Source: Trichodelitschia bisporula (Eukaryota). Taken from it: a stretch of 64,000 nucleotides of DNA. Within the stretch, counting starts at the first letter, position 1; each line of letters starts with the position of its first letter. A program made the translations under genes and the position numbers. Of this stretch, positions 46,901-54,479 are shown one piece after another. The DNA lies in contig ML996690.1 of NCBI GenBank assembly GCA_010356995.1, positions 1,210,217 through 1,274,216 of the forward strand, read 5' to 3'. The notes under the pieces are model-generated. The model was not told the DNA's origin and did not search any database. It was given only the letters and a program-made list of their open reading frames with translations.

Positions 46901-49317
46901 GGCGTGGCTGCGCTGAGCCAGCTACTGCGGCATCAACCGGTGTAGGACCGTCCACAGAACCATTTCAAAGAACGCCGGAGGAGGTGCATGTCGCAACCTT
47001 GCTTAGGCTAGCGGCACTGGATCTCGCTGGATGGCCCAAACCCCCGGTTTACGCCGCACCGGAGACACATGGTGAAGTCGAGCCTGCTGCTGCGGCACCG
47101 GAAACGGCCGACACGGGAATGTCCGCAGCGCCGGTTGCCCCAGTTCCCGAGAAGTCTGTCGAAGCCGAGCCTACTGCCGCCCCGCGCTCGCAATCCACGT
47201 CAGACGAAACCGAGCCTGCTGTTGCGGCCCCGGAAACGGCCGACTCGGGACCGTCCACAGAACCGGTTCAAAAAACGCCGGAGGAGGTGCGTGTTGCAGC
47301 CCAGTTTACTCTAGAGGCACTGGAATTCGCTGGATGGTTTGATGTCCCGATTCACGCAGCACCGGAGACACGTGGTCAAGCCGAGCCAACTGCTACGGCC
47401 CCGGAAACGGCCGACTCGGGACCGTCCGCAGCCCCGGTCCAAGCCGCGCCGGAGACACGCAGTGAAGCCGAGCCTGCTGCCGCGGCACCAAAAACAGCGG
47501 ACGCGGGATTGGCCGCAGGCCCGGCGCACTTCACGTCAGGGCCGCGTGACGCAATCGAGCTTCCTGCAGCGGCACCGACCGACGCTGAACCGGCGTCAAA
47601 TCCAGGGGGTGCGGCTCTCCTACAATCGATCCTCAATAGCGCTGCCCGCAACATTCCGCACAGCTTCTTGGCGGCTTTGCGACCAGCCGCCGCTGAGCCT
47701 ACAACCGCACCACAGATCTCGCGGTTCTCGGCTATACGGCCCGCGCCTCCGATAGACGCACCTCATGTTCCCTCACCCTCGCGCCACGGTGTCTTGAGCC
47801 CCGCAGTGCAGTCCCTTGTCGCCTCTATAAGCCAACCCGGATCGCAGGCTACGCGAGGGAAGACAATGCAGCGAGCGGACGCAGCTACTGCGGTGCCATT
47901 CGGAGGCCCAGTTCAAGCAGTCCCGGAGACGCGTGACGAAGTCGTGTTGGAGAAGCATGGTGAAACCGTGCCGGAGACGCCGGGCGAAGTCGTGCCTGAG
48001 ACCCAGGGCGAAGTCGTGCCGGAGACGTATGGCGAGGTCGTGCCCGAGACTCGTAGCGAAGCCGTTCCGGAGACCCGTGGGGAACCCGTGCCGGAGACCC
48101 GTAGCGAAGCAGTCCCGGAGACGCGTGGTGAGACCGTGCCTGAGACACGCGGCGAAACCCTGCCGGAGACGCGTGGCGAAGTCGTGCCGGAGACGCGTGG
48201 GGAAGCCGTCCCGGTGACGCGTGCCGAAGCAGTGCCGGAGACGCGTGGAGAAGCCGTCCCGGAGACGCGTGCCGAAGCCGTGCCGGAGACCCGTAGCGAA
48301 GTTGTGCCGGACACCCTTGGCGAAACTGTACCGGAGACCCGAGGCGAAACTATGCCGGAGACCCGAGGCCAACCCGTGCCGAAAATATATGGCGAACCCG
48401 TGCCGGAGACACTTGGCGAAGCCGAGCCTGCGACTGCGACACCAGAAACAGCGGACACTGGACCTTCCGCCGCCCCGATGTCCTCAGCGCCAATGCCGCG
48501 TGACGAAATCGAGCTTCCCGCAGCAGCACCGACCGACGCCGGACCGGAGGTAATCTCCTGGGATGATCCCTTCTGGGATACTTTGGAACCAGCTGCCGAG
48601 GAGCCTGCACCCGCGTCCCGGCCCCCGCCGCCGCCCCCGCCGTCTCCCCCGCTCCCCGAGCGGCTCACGTCCCCGCGGCAAGCGTCTCCGATATCCACAC
48701 CTCGTGTCCCTTCAAAACTGCGTCACGTGGCCTTCAGCCCTGAAGCGCAGGCACATGCCGCCGTTACAGACCAAATCCCAGCGCAGGCTGCGCTGATTCG
48801 GGGCAAGAGAAAGCAGCGAGCAGACACAGCTGCCGAGGTGCCGGCTGCAGAAACACCAAACTCACAGGCGGCGCCAACCGAAGTCGAGTCTGCTGGGCCG
48901 GGCCCGGAAGCGGCCACCGCGTGGCAGTTTACAGACCCAGCTCAAGCGCCAGAGCCGAATGGCGGAGTCAAGTTACCTGTAGAGGCGCCAGCCTCGCAGG
49001 CTATGCCAACCGACGTCGAGCGTCTTGCATCGGTCTCCACGCGACCCCCGGGTATGCGGTCAGCGCCCCCGCCAGCCCCACCGAAGTCGGCATATCACCG
49101 ATCGCTTGTCCCGCCAAAGCCGAAACACCTCGTTACCCCTGGGCCCCCTCCACCCCCGCCGAAGTCGGCACAACTCCGCCCGGTCGTACCACCGAAGCCG
49201 AAAGAGCTTCGCCCTCTCACCCCCCCGCGAGACCCACTGAAGCCGAAAGGGCCTCACCCTCCCTCTTCCCCACGAAACCCACCCAAGCCGGCAAGGTTCA
49301 GGCCCCCGAGCTCGTAG
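34993..49317 (+). CDS. Giant (~4,770 aa) apparently intronless orphan protein with N-terminal hydrophobic segments, tandem peptide repeats, helical repeats and coiled coils
   Basis: 14.3 kb without a stop codon; first ATG at 34993. All internal tandem repeats have unit lengths divisible by 3. No family recognised. Continuity across the N gap is assumed. Confidence 0.75.
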   Translation: MQHPPAVSTVTTVDIAQNYTFISRPPPARPGQAIPPPTPPPTRTPVPYPANPLGCNRPPPYLVVKHTPLPPDWDNKPLFADPLYAGPLFADADGRLGPPPAPQCEPSTRTAPLALLFQVGIMLLAGIWYLSQGPGRRWQRRFGYLDGRMRGEWGVEWRGVGKGWRPRLETIVEKGVGEQVYPTLDEEERAALAYTELDRSTRSPAPEPETAPPMPELEVRKVKMDRMSKLEARRGKRGARKYSNPHGGQYGRLARVAAGKKKGEKTGPAPGIESDGEPYPMPLPTPEPQPELPAPKPEKKGRGRRERRRWRALAAEDVALLATEHGGVWNERERDRRRAVAAAKRRGDVDGGAGASTPLLQPGNRREGLTESAPQYVSGTVPEGSASGWTTVPPSRILLVSLLALALALPGTGATVICPERYVSSYYLSTCAPFPFPAGPCAIPPTPPPSPATCFVPYSPPVAELCTRTRTPWTVPAEWRPRPTFETPTPLARRVLASLSPYLHITVRDCIWLASAIFFLLSWAWLWKWGTVAPPRGPVTYEEWLRGEGEPRLRRVANYKVVDGFLCDVADSEANEVSTPDTADEREVMGAFYLPPDHDSWPDRKRRRRRSGKRRRSSRTGHFKISREEREVRAGAERDEGGDEVDEEDCDVPVASVEAEEFELTEEIKRKWDRWMRSRRGERGVMGQEGQAAVEREGQVAAFQVVHGEEVRVEETEALRLEEAEEVFRVEEAEAFRVEEAEEAFLVEEAEAFRVEEAEEAVRVEEAXXXXXXXXXXXXXXXXXXXXXXXXXXXXXXXXXXXXXVEEAEEAFLVEEAEAFRLEEAEAFQVQEAEAFRVEHAEAIQVVTAEAFRMVQAEANRMEQAEADRVEQVEANRVEQLETAGVEKSEADREAADPVNSTHELTVGGLVGDNPIEWQNSAITRDQVREWHLEGDADDFWPPSQRRCWCSYQDEAHDEVVCEQYKTMLRRRRRYLAKADREERRKGRRRAERQAASKRWAKKIKRRRDAWELKKWERGLGSTEHSGDSREERRSSDVHYAFLLKYSVATELRCRLQGPTSSYSRLFLFGYLYWEMMNKEDLAGWVARERAQGESGGANDWVEPPEEVLGLEEGGFERMKEMEGKFRDLREWRREYAVEEEKLRGPWEMGYMAERFWQEEWEQAEMDRAWNDLNNPFAVLAELSGTPTSDDSNTTDHATSRPYGAYSAPASLGKPNFVPPPCLASSRPEPLANSVDLRPLPPVPPFVNTLLAEGEITPFLPVDPCPAGPPIDPEPRPGDTIFTVNEECYSQPLEPITDTTPATGTIMPPFRKIADVVIALLRTIRNRAHGLVSVEVRPADETAPWTPGPPTPPEPWTPPERRSAAEALRHAARKPDGPGEGSCVCCVPWRLGRWRSARRSTVPDGGERAMEMTTFAETVRQVDGGGAAGGQPDPIAEGEQPSTHPDPDNETHANSESDSDRGSDDIPWLQHPTLPAIGEGSENSAPDDAPVPRAADPPPASTPFSNLDIVEEASEHSEPRGGAAAKGAYSPPASASRFVSLHGFVQSEDGTSLSLHGTGTGDLPPIEGIEGARPSSDDIPPPGRGRGSGRAGEPAAPPAGTASGGGHLLMGPGPGYRGRYRGRSRYRGRGGNLGRGGNAPPAGNAPPAGQEPSQADPPFEANSDETAEEEFVSTADPSTADPSRAQAPPSLIFPEIPARGPPVWDFVEPYIPSAADPPRASADEAASGMTDPSGVPAPKLWEPPAGKTWGAVVVEHLETIAECSSPPPAAPPPAAAPPPAAVPSTATVPAPATVPAPATVLVPATVSAPATLLPPDVFPPLELATVSPPAVAPAPATVPAPAAVPASATVPASATVPSPAVVPSPATVLPPAAVLPSAAVPPPAAVPPPAEVPAPAAVPELAAVPALAVASTPTAVPVPATVPAPAAAPAAVPALAAVPPPATIKRKTYSGRKKRKLKAELSEDEKNAWETMVSDARLENRFLKEKVQEYPDRHFREAIDQALDRPPKETMSGTTDRSTWVKIPYNPEAAGRQTRRSHIPLQMPKLPTGPELAEFILERVKKSNPSYFFKLRMKGSSEDTEDWLSFDSEILTVARITFCRSLVWTVGTRDATQPRDGDAGDEQQAATQQQGKSIEPPDMWSLRQNFAAESQSDVPLQLVNLLIITFRHPPKPVLLTNEGQLSITLALPRQTHSVTSLPTPGPRMPQTDEERATGILHALDWDVYEPPIFSTIVTNGAHPKAFCITYKGDGHLKLETTLHPMQALKKGDEEGKADHKALSGAPRVMKLVCAAFRSKTAPIIENPNGSFSVALPIPGKDFDDEKIKAMRRSLKAAGGIDQPGAPQPSDDYIAEMLLRQLGLQGEKRERFLKRLRYQWPDGKFQAVTVLSLPKDKMTIEYRYISADGTEQSSSDEASESSEESSESRSEEPPRPAVLPASKPKTKRAPKPARSSTVEESARSSGSPVPEAPAPPFSQLPPSAAPVPVPVPEGSSSPPLWFDPTRKLPGQSRKLPDQSSKLPSQSRKLPGKSSKKSWPPKAPKPSQPAQSPTPHPAPAAPTPAFAPVPVLVPMGPPPTPARPARPPTPPRPPRYPAPQPEPGVPTPSDAPAPASVIFASTWCLGLLAAVQSDDGSEPQDSVASVPQVSQPQPSVAPVPAPVPQPAPAVLVPAPDVSGSPQPPERLSAQVETTDAETSQALAGDLNQYVFVTAAVYRAIQARIDVNHTVAGTKERRVAMNNLTHELAECKRYLDELTGEDEAWLKNFRTILATDFQQALPASPGEGHTRVGTAHGESSASSVRQAAVNAFSQAIEALLKVKSAGADPETLLRKGPALVAHRPWLSEEEATGFERLLVNMETKIWLASYSGAQADTADVASLSALDRAGRQALAAIDYVSFHFDIASHAYFETKWNALASKELVLKTRNERLGAKWAALAEEENEALETGDDLVIPLKNRELKQARDALRAEFVSLDGQLAKVETEIEALAEKVQTMEDKLLPAAQTASGESDARVDTANTGPSESSVTAAPVGAGSPASSVQGALKVGGKAEPAALIPASSPALSARVVLFEAIKARLELERTALDSEKLHVTKAKLKAEVAAAQAYRPALTVQEQRVFDEFKGALGTRSRLALPARPDDRDMTKAELSAHLAHHIAQMALWEAFVAIVQVERAAADPAALESKISALRPIAATLKEHFPVLTEAEKTWYLEAEGDVRKIRWLAAPIPDDGDTRIDTANTTSSAPLARAAAKRALSEVFEAALELKSTPADDQTLQVKNAVLSLKFTALLAHKASLSQAELEPLFKLLTELDKSIMMGPHTVPDRGDTQVGTANAGPSASSATAVAEVGGGAEPTTLVPASSSGPAQVSVPTEPSSTVAPAQEGVQAMLEEGARSATADARLLSEHVRVEREGLDAVKEAHRELDLVDATDYVMRGEKRHPWDLALRRQKSTLEAHSATLNAKLAALVDEEKSLTTVDNLTVRRAMEGMLKLKKTVAEAEHASLNAKFSQLDVELSSYQKEVQTSMKMIETSMGKIETSMEKIAAQLITNQEGDMRVEKAKGGRSAGPVHAAPETPDEAEPAAVARPDTGLSTGAAHAAPKMHGGKKRSHYDRLLTKRARVKEEVAVLFKELWMVADREQLQEALRELLDALWADRAKRISPAIQIKCNKGDTRAPTADTRVWRDLNRKVLKLFSSKMVKLFSSKVAKSGRIAEITILKPAAHAAVDDGDTRAETTDAGSCVDPVHVTLKLRSEAESTASAPESVNVESPANPLQALPTTRDDAEHTASAGVETHPVTKRDLARQVKWLVARHKDFKAKLAEIRGDVVLYENDDPDETIGAGLITKMVHGGLTMNQIHASLDEAESAAAAPVSQPTPHVRDTRTETPDTGPIVDLIDRLLELLNDVETTAVGPTAQAAQDESDAQAAQAEGDTPAKTTDAEPSAVPVHAASEPRGDAKPTSVGQSASPIHAALQRRGCAEPATAASTGVGPSTEPFQRTPEEVHVATLLRLAALDLAGWPKPPVYAAPETHGEVEPAAAAPETADTGMSAAPVAPVPEKSVEAEPTAAPRSQSTSDETEPAVAAPETADSGPSTEPVQKTPEEVRVAAQFTLEALEFAGWFDVPIHAAPETRGQAEPTATAPETADSGPSAAPVQAAPETRSEAEPAAAAPKTADAGLAAGPAHFTSGPRDAIELPAAAPTDAEPASNPGGAALLQSILNSAARNIPHSFLAALRPAAAEPTTAPQISRFSAIRPAPPIDAPHVPSPSRHGVLSPAVQSLVASISQPGSQATRGKTMQRADAATAVPFGGPVQAVPETRDEVVLEKHGETVPETPGEVVPETQGEVVPETYGEVVPETRSEAVPETRGEPVPETRSEAVPETRGETVPETRGETLPETRGEVVPETRGEAVPVTRAEAVPETRGEAVPETRAEAVPETRSEVVPDTLGETVPETRGETMPETRGQPVPKIYGEPVPETLGEAEPATATPETADTGPSAAPMSSAPMPRDEIELPAAAPTDAGPEVISWDDPFWDTLEPAAEEPAPASRPPPPPPPSPPLPERLTSPRQASPISTPRVPSKLRHVAFSPEAQAHAAVTDQIPAQAALIRGKRKQRADTAAEVPAAETPNSQAAPTEVESAGPGPEAATAWQFTDPAQAPEPNGGVKLPVEAPASQAMPTDVERLASVSTRPPGMRSAPPPAPPKSAYHRSLVPPKPKHLVTPGPPPPPPKSAQLRPVVPPKPKELRPLTPPRDPLKPKGPHPPSSPRNPPKPARFRPPSS
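37120..37640 (+). repeat. Coding tandem repeat VEEAE(E)AFR (24/27-bp units) spanning an assembly gap
   Basis: The same unit, in the same frame, is seen on both sides of the N run. Confidence 0.9.
37294..37403. other. Assembly gap (run of N)
   Basis: 110 N bases; true length unknown. Confidence 0.99.
40290..40820 (+). repeat. Coding 18-bp repeat encoding (A/P)PA(T/A)VP hexapeptides
   Basis: caccagctacagttccag-type units repeated over about 530 bp. Confidence 0.9.
47920..48425 (+). repeat. Coding 24-bp repeat encoding VPETRGE(A/V/T), about 20 copies
   Basis: gtgccggagacgcgtggcgaagcc-type units. Confidence 0.92.
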
Positions 49318-50229
49318 TTCATGTGCCGGACTGGCTTCCGCTTTCGCTGGCGGCCTTGTTTTTGGCGCCGCTTCTGATCCTGGATTTGGCTTTGTACTTG
49401 CTGGAGTTCGTGCGGGCGATTTTGTCGGATGGGATGTCTGAGTGATGGCGTTATGGTGGTAGTTTTTTGAAGCTGTGTGTGGTAGGATTTTGCATTTTTT
49501 GGGGGGTTTTTTGGCTGAACTTTTGGTTTGTGTCTGTATTACTGATGTCTATTGTTGCAACGGGTTGTACATTATGATATGGATTGGTTCTTTCGCTTGA
49601 AATCTCTACGCTTGTTGCATTTTGTCTTCTCTCATGAAGTGCGGGATGAGGTGTACGTTGTCGTGGTCGCGTACGTGAAGCTAACTGTCAGGGAACCCGA
49701 GTTGGCGGATGGTTGAGCTGCACCCCTTAAGCTAGTTGGAGAAAGTAATGACCGCCATGAGCAGCTAACCCGCAGCGCGAAGCGGCCAGAACTTTTCGTA
49801 TCGGCCCCCGCACGGTACCTGCGCCATTCGCAGCGCCGATCAGATCTTGCATCACACTTCGATCTGCATTCCGTCACCGGCCCAGTGACCAGCAGAAACT
49901 CTCTTCCAACCTCCGCGCGCTTTGCATCGGCTTGCAAAGGACGTTTCATACTATGACGTACCCAAACCCCCCCATCCAGCCCCCCGCACAGCCGAGGCTG
50001 AACAGGGCACCGCAAGGCTGGGCGTGCGCCACTGACGTCGTCGCACGGGCCGGGCCGATTCCAGATCGGCAGCCTGACAAGGCGAGATATCGGGCGAGAC
50101 CAATTGCGTAGTTTGTCTCACTTTTTGGCGGGGGTGGGTAAATAGCGCGTCGTGCCTGCGTGGAGATGGTGCAACTCTAACCTTATCCTCACTTCACGAG
50201 TAGTCAAGCATCACGGCTTCACCTTCACC

Positions 50230-52022
50230 ATGTCAGACACGCAGCAGCGCGCAGTTGAGAACCCACAGCAGCCCACAGTCGCGAATACGCAGGAAGATGT
50301 ACCTTTCGTGCCCTTCACGGCGCTGGAGCCTCACCTGCAACGCTTGCACGATGTTAGCATCGAGGTGCGCCCCCATTCCCACATCCAGTCTCAACCCACT
50401 AACGCACGCAGTACATCCTCAGCATCTATCCCAAAATCTCCACCCGGCAAGCCTCAAACAAAACCTGGGGCGACGAGCTAGAATCCCAAATCGTAACCTT
50501 CAACCCCACCACCAAAACCGCCCTCCCCACCCCCATCCAAACCCACCTCCTCCAAACCCTCCCCTCCTCCTCCGCCGACCCCTCCGTCGCCGAACCAGTC
50601 TACCACCCCGAATTCGCAAAATACATGATCGAATCCACGCCCCCAACACCCTACACCATACTCCCCGCCTCCCTCCTCTCGGTAGAGGAATGCCTGCACT
50701 CCCGCCGCGCCACAATCCAATACAAGCTCCAAACGAACGAACAAGTGCTTAACCTCTCCCTCCACCCGCGCATCGGCGCCGACCTGCTAGCCGCACAACT
50801 CTCCCCCCCGGGCTCCCCCGCCTCTTCTTCCTCCACCTCAACTAGCCAGGCCCAATCCGCCCTCGACACGCTCATATCACCCGCGCCTTACACCGTCGCC
50901 CACGCCAGCATAACCGCGCGCCACCACCACACCCCCTCCATCAGCATCACCCCCTTCACAGATACCCACACGTCCCTTCCCCCCACCCTCACCCTACCAC
51001 ATATCCTCCCCGGACCCGGCGCGTGCGGCCTCCAAGCGACGTTTCAATGCGCCTCGCTCGGCCAGGCTAGGGCGCTGCACGATAGCCTCACGATCGTAGC
51101 CCCCGTGCTGCTGGCGCTCAGCGCGGCGACGCCCATCTACGCGGGCGTGCTCGTGGATACGGATGCGCGCTTCGCAAGGACGGGCATGGCGGTGGATGAT
51201 CGTGCGCCTGGCGAAGGAGTCGCAGCGCGGTGGGGCGTGCCGGGGATGTATCTCGCTGACGCGCCCATGGAAGATGAGACGCGGTACTTAGACCCCGGGC
51301 ACAGGCTTGGGGAGACGTATGTCGGGCGGCTTGAGGAGGCGGGGATGGACGGCGTGATGGCGCGGTATTTCGCTGCGATGCATGGGCGGGATCCGTTGTA
51401 TGTGCGCGGGGAGGAAGCAGAGGGACTGAGCGGCGAGGCGGTGTTCCGGAGTTTGTGCGGGAGTGATTGGTCCGCCGTGAGGATGAAGATACCTGAGCCA
51501 CAGGGGGCGGGGGGATGGAGGGTTGAGGTGAGGGTCATGGAGGTGCAGATGCGGGATTGGGAGAATGCGGGGCTGTTGGTGTTCGTCGCATTGTTGACGC
51601 GGGTTTTGATGAAGCAGGGGCTGGATTTGGCGATCCCGCTGCCGCAGGTGAGGGAGAATATGCGCCGGGCGCAGCGCCGGGATGCAGTACGCAGTGAGCG
51701 GTTTTGGTGGAGTGGTGGGAGGGACGGGGTTAGGGAATTGGGCATAAGGGAGATTGTGCTTGGAGGAGAGGGGTGGGTGGGTTTACTCCCGCTTGTGCGT
51801 GGGTATTTGGATGAGGAGCGGGTGGAGGGTGAGGAGCGTGCGCACTTGGAGCGTTATTTGGATTTTATTGGGCGGAGGGCGAGTGGGGACGAGAAGACTG
51901 CGGCGCGGTGGATCCGCAACTTTGTACAGGCGCATCCCGGGTACAAGGGGGATTCGCTTGTGAGCGATGAGGTGTGCTTTGATCTGCTGAGGGCGATGGC
52001 GGAGGCGGAAAAGGCCGGGTAA
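50230..52022 (+). CDS. Divergent glutamate-cysteine ligase catalytic-subunit homologue (1 intron)
   Basis: TWGDELE, YHPEFAKYMIESTP, LQATFQ, LLALSAATPIY..DTDARF, GWRVEVRVMEVQ..DWENA, RRASG..TAARWIRNFV.AHP.YK.DS.VS. Confidence 0.88.
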
Positions 52023-52145
52023 TTGCACTCTTAGTGCCGGGTAGATCAGGCTGTCCGCTGCTTGGAGCTTGAATTGGATGAAGGCCGGGTAATAGCAGTC
52101 AGTGCCGGGTAGATTAGGCTATCAGCTGCCTGGAGTATGAATGAT
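52011..52145. repeat. Diverged tandem duplication of about 70 bp overlapping the GCL stop codon
   Basis: aaggccgggtaat..agtgccgggtagat.aggct.tc.gctgc.tggag occurs twice. Confidence 0.8.
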
Positions 52146-52381
52146 AGACGTTTTCGTTGACGCGGAAAGCCGACTCATGTCTGAACCACGAAGCCGGATC
52201 TATCTTCTATTGGACAGATAGTATGCAAGATGCTCCACGTCGTCGTATGTCGGAGGTGCTTAGTCAACATGGTGCACTGCCCCCCTACAGCCTTATCGTG
52301 CCAAGTCCGGGCCAAACGCAACCCCACATCATCCTCACTTCCGCCATCCTCTTCATCGTCCCTATTATCATCGTCACCGAC

Positions 52382-52660
52382 ATGGCGGCCTCTTTCATCA
52401 TCAAAACGAAGCAGTCGACCATATGAGAGCCGCTTACCTACCTCTCCTCCACCGAACCACTCCCTCCCTTCCAACGTCGTGAATTCCAAGCCCAAGAGCG
52501 ATTTAAGAGTCTTCCTTTAGCTATTTTTCTCAACATCCTCTATTTTCTTCCAAAGGATCCAGTTCTAACTTTCGCCCTCACCTCTCACGCTACCAATGTC
52601 CTGCCACGATTATTTAGTGCATACCCGGATATGGGCAACAAGAGATGGCCGGGTAGACAA
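52382..52660 (+). pseudogene. F-box-like gene copy 1 (premature TGA at 52424)
   Basis: MAASFIIKTKQSTI*EPLTY..EPLPPFQRREFQAQERFKSLPLAIFLNILYFLP..FALTS. Homologous to 60907-61362, including the upstream region. Confidence 0.75.
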
Positions 52661-53460
52661 AGAACGAGGCTGACGCGGAAGCAGAAATCTCGGAGCCTCA
52701 AGGGGATTATTAGATCGACAGACTCAAAGCTCTATGTCAAAGATGTTTCATTTTGGAACTGTCTGCAGCTCAGAGATCACTAAGGAGAACCGAAATGCTT
52801 AGCATCTGAGTCGTCCATACGCACGCACCCGGAACGGGATATCGGTTCTGCTAGAGGCAAATCGGTGTCATGTGACCCACACTCTTGTCCTAGCCATCAC
52901 CGATTGAGAACCTCCTACTCACCTAGCTAGCTTATAAGACTATTCGCAGCATGGCGCGGAGCACTCTAGCCCTTAGTTCGCAATTCTTCTGCTCCAATCT
53001 TCAACTTACACAGTTGCAGTTGCAAGTGTTAAAGCTTTGCTCCTGGTGTAGAGAAGGATGTCACAAGCAGTGATTGGAGGCAAAGGTGAATTCAAAGACA
53101 CCCCTCGAAAGAGGAGCGGTGCTAATTTAGCTAGCCTAACTACAATCACTTGCCATGCCGCCTTCCTTGGCCCAGGGCGACACTGCCATAACAATGTCAT
53201 AAACAAACCAGGGACTGTTGCCATGTGTACGCACTGTGCCTGTATCGTACTCCCTAGTTCCTACTAGAATCACTAGTGTGCTTGCCATAATACATCCCAT
53301 CGTGCTCCACATCAGCTCATTACTTGTGTCGTATATGCTTAGCCAGCATGGTACACAGCCCCCTTCAGCCTTATCGTGCCGACTCTGGGATAAAAGCTAC
53401 CGTAGATCTCTTCAACCCCGCATCATCCTCACCTCCATCATCAGCATCATTTTCACCTAC

Positions 53461-53778
53461 ACGACAACCTCTACTGCCTCCTTTGTCGTTAAAACCAAGC
53501 AGACGACTATAGGAGCTCCGCTTATCTACTTCTCCTCTGCCGAACCACTCCCTTCCTTCCAACATCGCGAATTCCAAGCCAGAGATCGCTTCAATAGCCT
53601 TCCCGTTGGCGTTTTCTTTAGGATTTTGCTTTTCCTTCCATCGAATTCATTTCAAGCCTTCGCCCGCACTTGCCACGCTACGAATTACCTCTATCCAAGG
53701 TTTAGAGCACTGGATGACTTGCGCAATCAGATAGTTCTAGTACCAAGGGTATCTTCAGACAGCGAAGGGGCCTGCTAG
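53461..53778 (+). pseudogene. F-box-like gene copy 2 (start codon appears changed to ACG)
   Basis: ASFVVKTKQTTIGAPLIYFSSAEPLPSFQHREFQARDRFNSLPVGVFFRILLFLP..FARTC. Confidence 0.65.
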
Positions 53779-54479
53779 TCGCATGGTCGCCGAACCGCGA
53801 GCGAGAAATTTGGGCCCAAAAGACAATTTTGGGAGAGATATTGGCTGACATTGAATCTCTTCGATAAGCACCCGCTCGTTTTGTTTAGTGGAGGGAGTAG
53901 GATCTATTGGATGTAAATAATCAATCCGATCCATTGACCCAGGACCCATTGGGCGAACACCCTCGGAATGCCGGGTAGGCAGACATATAATCCCTAGCAT
54001 GGCGGGCAGCACTCGGGCCCTTAGCTCGCAATCTTCTACTTCAATCTTCAATTTACACAGTTGCCGTTGTACGTGTTTATGGTGTGGAAATACTGCATCA
54101 CAAACAGTGATGGAAAGCAAAAGCAAGATTGAGGACACCCGAACTAACTGGGTCCGGGGACTCACCCACCTCAGTACAATCCTCGTGCAGAGGCTCCTTC
54201 TTGAGCGTGGGTGCTCACCGTGCCCTGCCTCCTACCATATGTTTGTAGGCTCCTACTAAGATACAAAGATAACCTTGCTCTATGAGGCAATGTGTGAGAT
54301 ATGCTTGCTGTAACACCCTATGATCCTTCCCCACATCAGTTAAAGCTTTGCTTCGTTTGTATCGTAGATGCTTAGTCAGCGTAGTGCACGGCCACCCTCA
54401 GCCTTATTGTGCCGGCTGCGGGATAAAACCTGGATCCCCTCAGCCCTGCATCATCATCCCCATCATCATCATCATCAGC

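Noticed and set aside
47920..48425. CRISPR-like regular repeats (also 37120-37640)
   Set aside because: Contiguous in-frame coding repeats with no unique spacers, in a fungal genome with no cas genes.
34993..49317. Giant ORF as Leashin, NRPS/PKS, dynein/midasin, or a viral or retroelement polyprotein
   Set aside because: No catalytic, AAA, RT, integrase or protease motifs were recognised, and no Leashin-like poly-Lys tracts. Leashin remains only an analogy.
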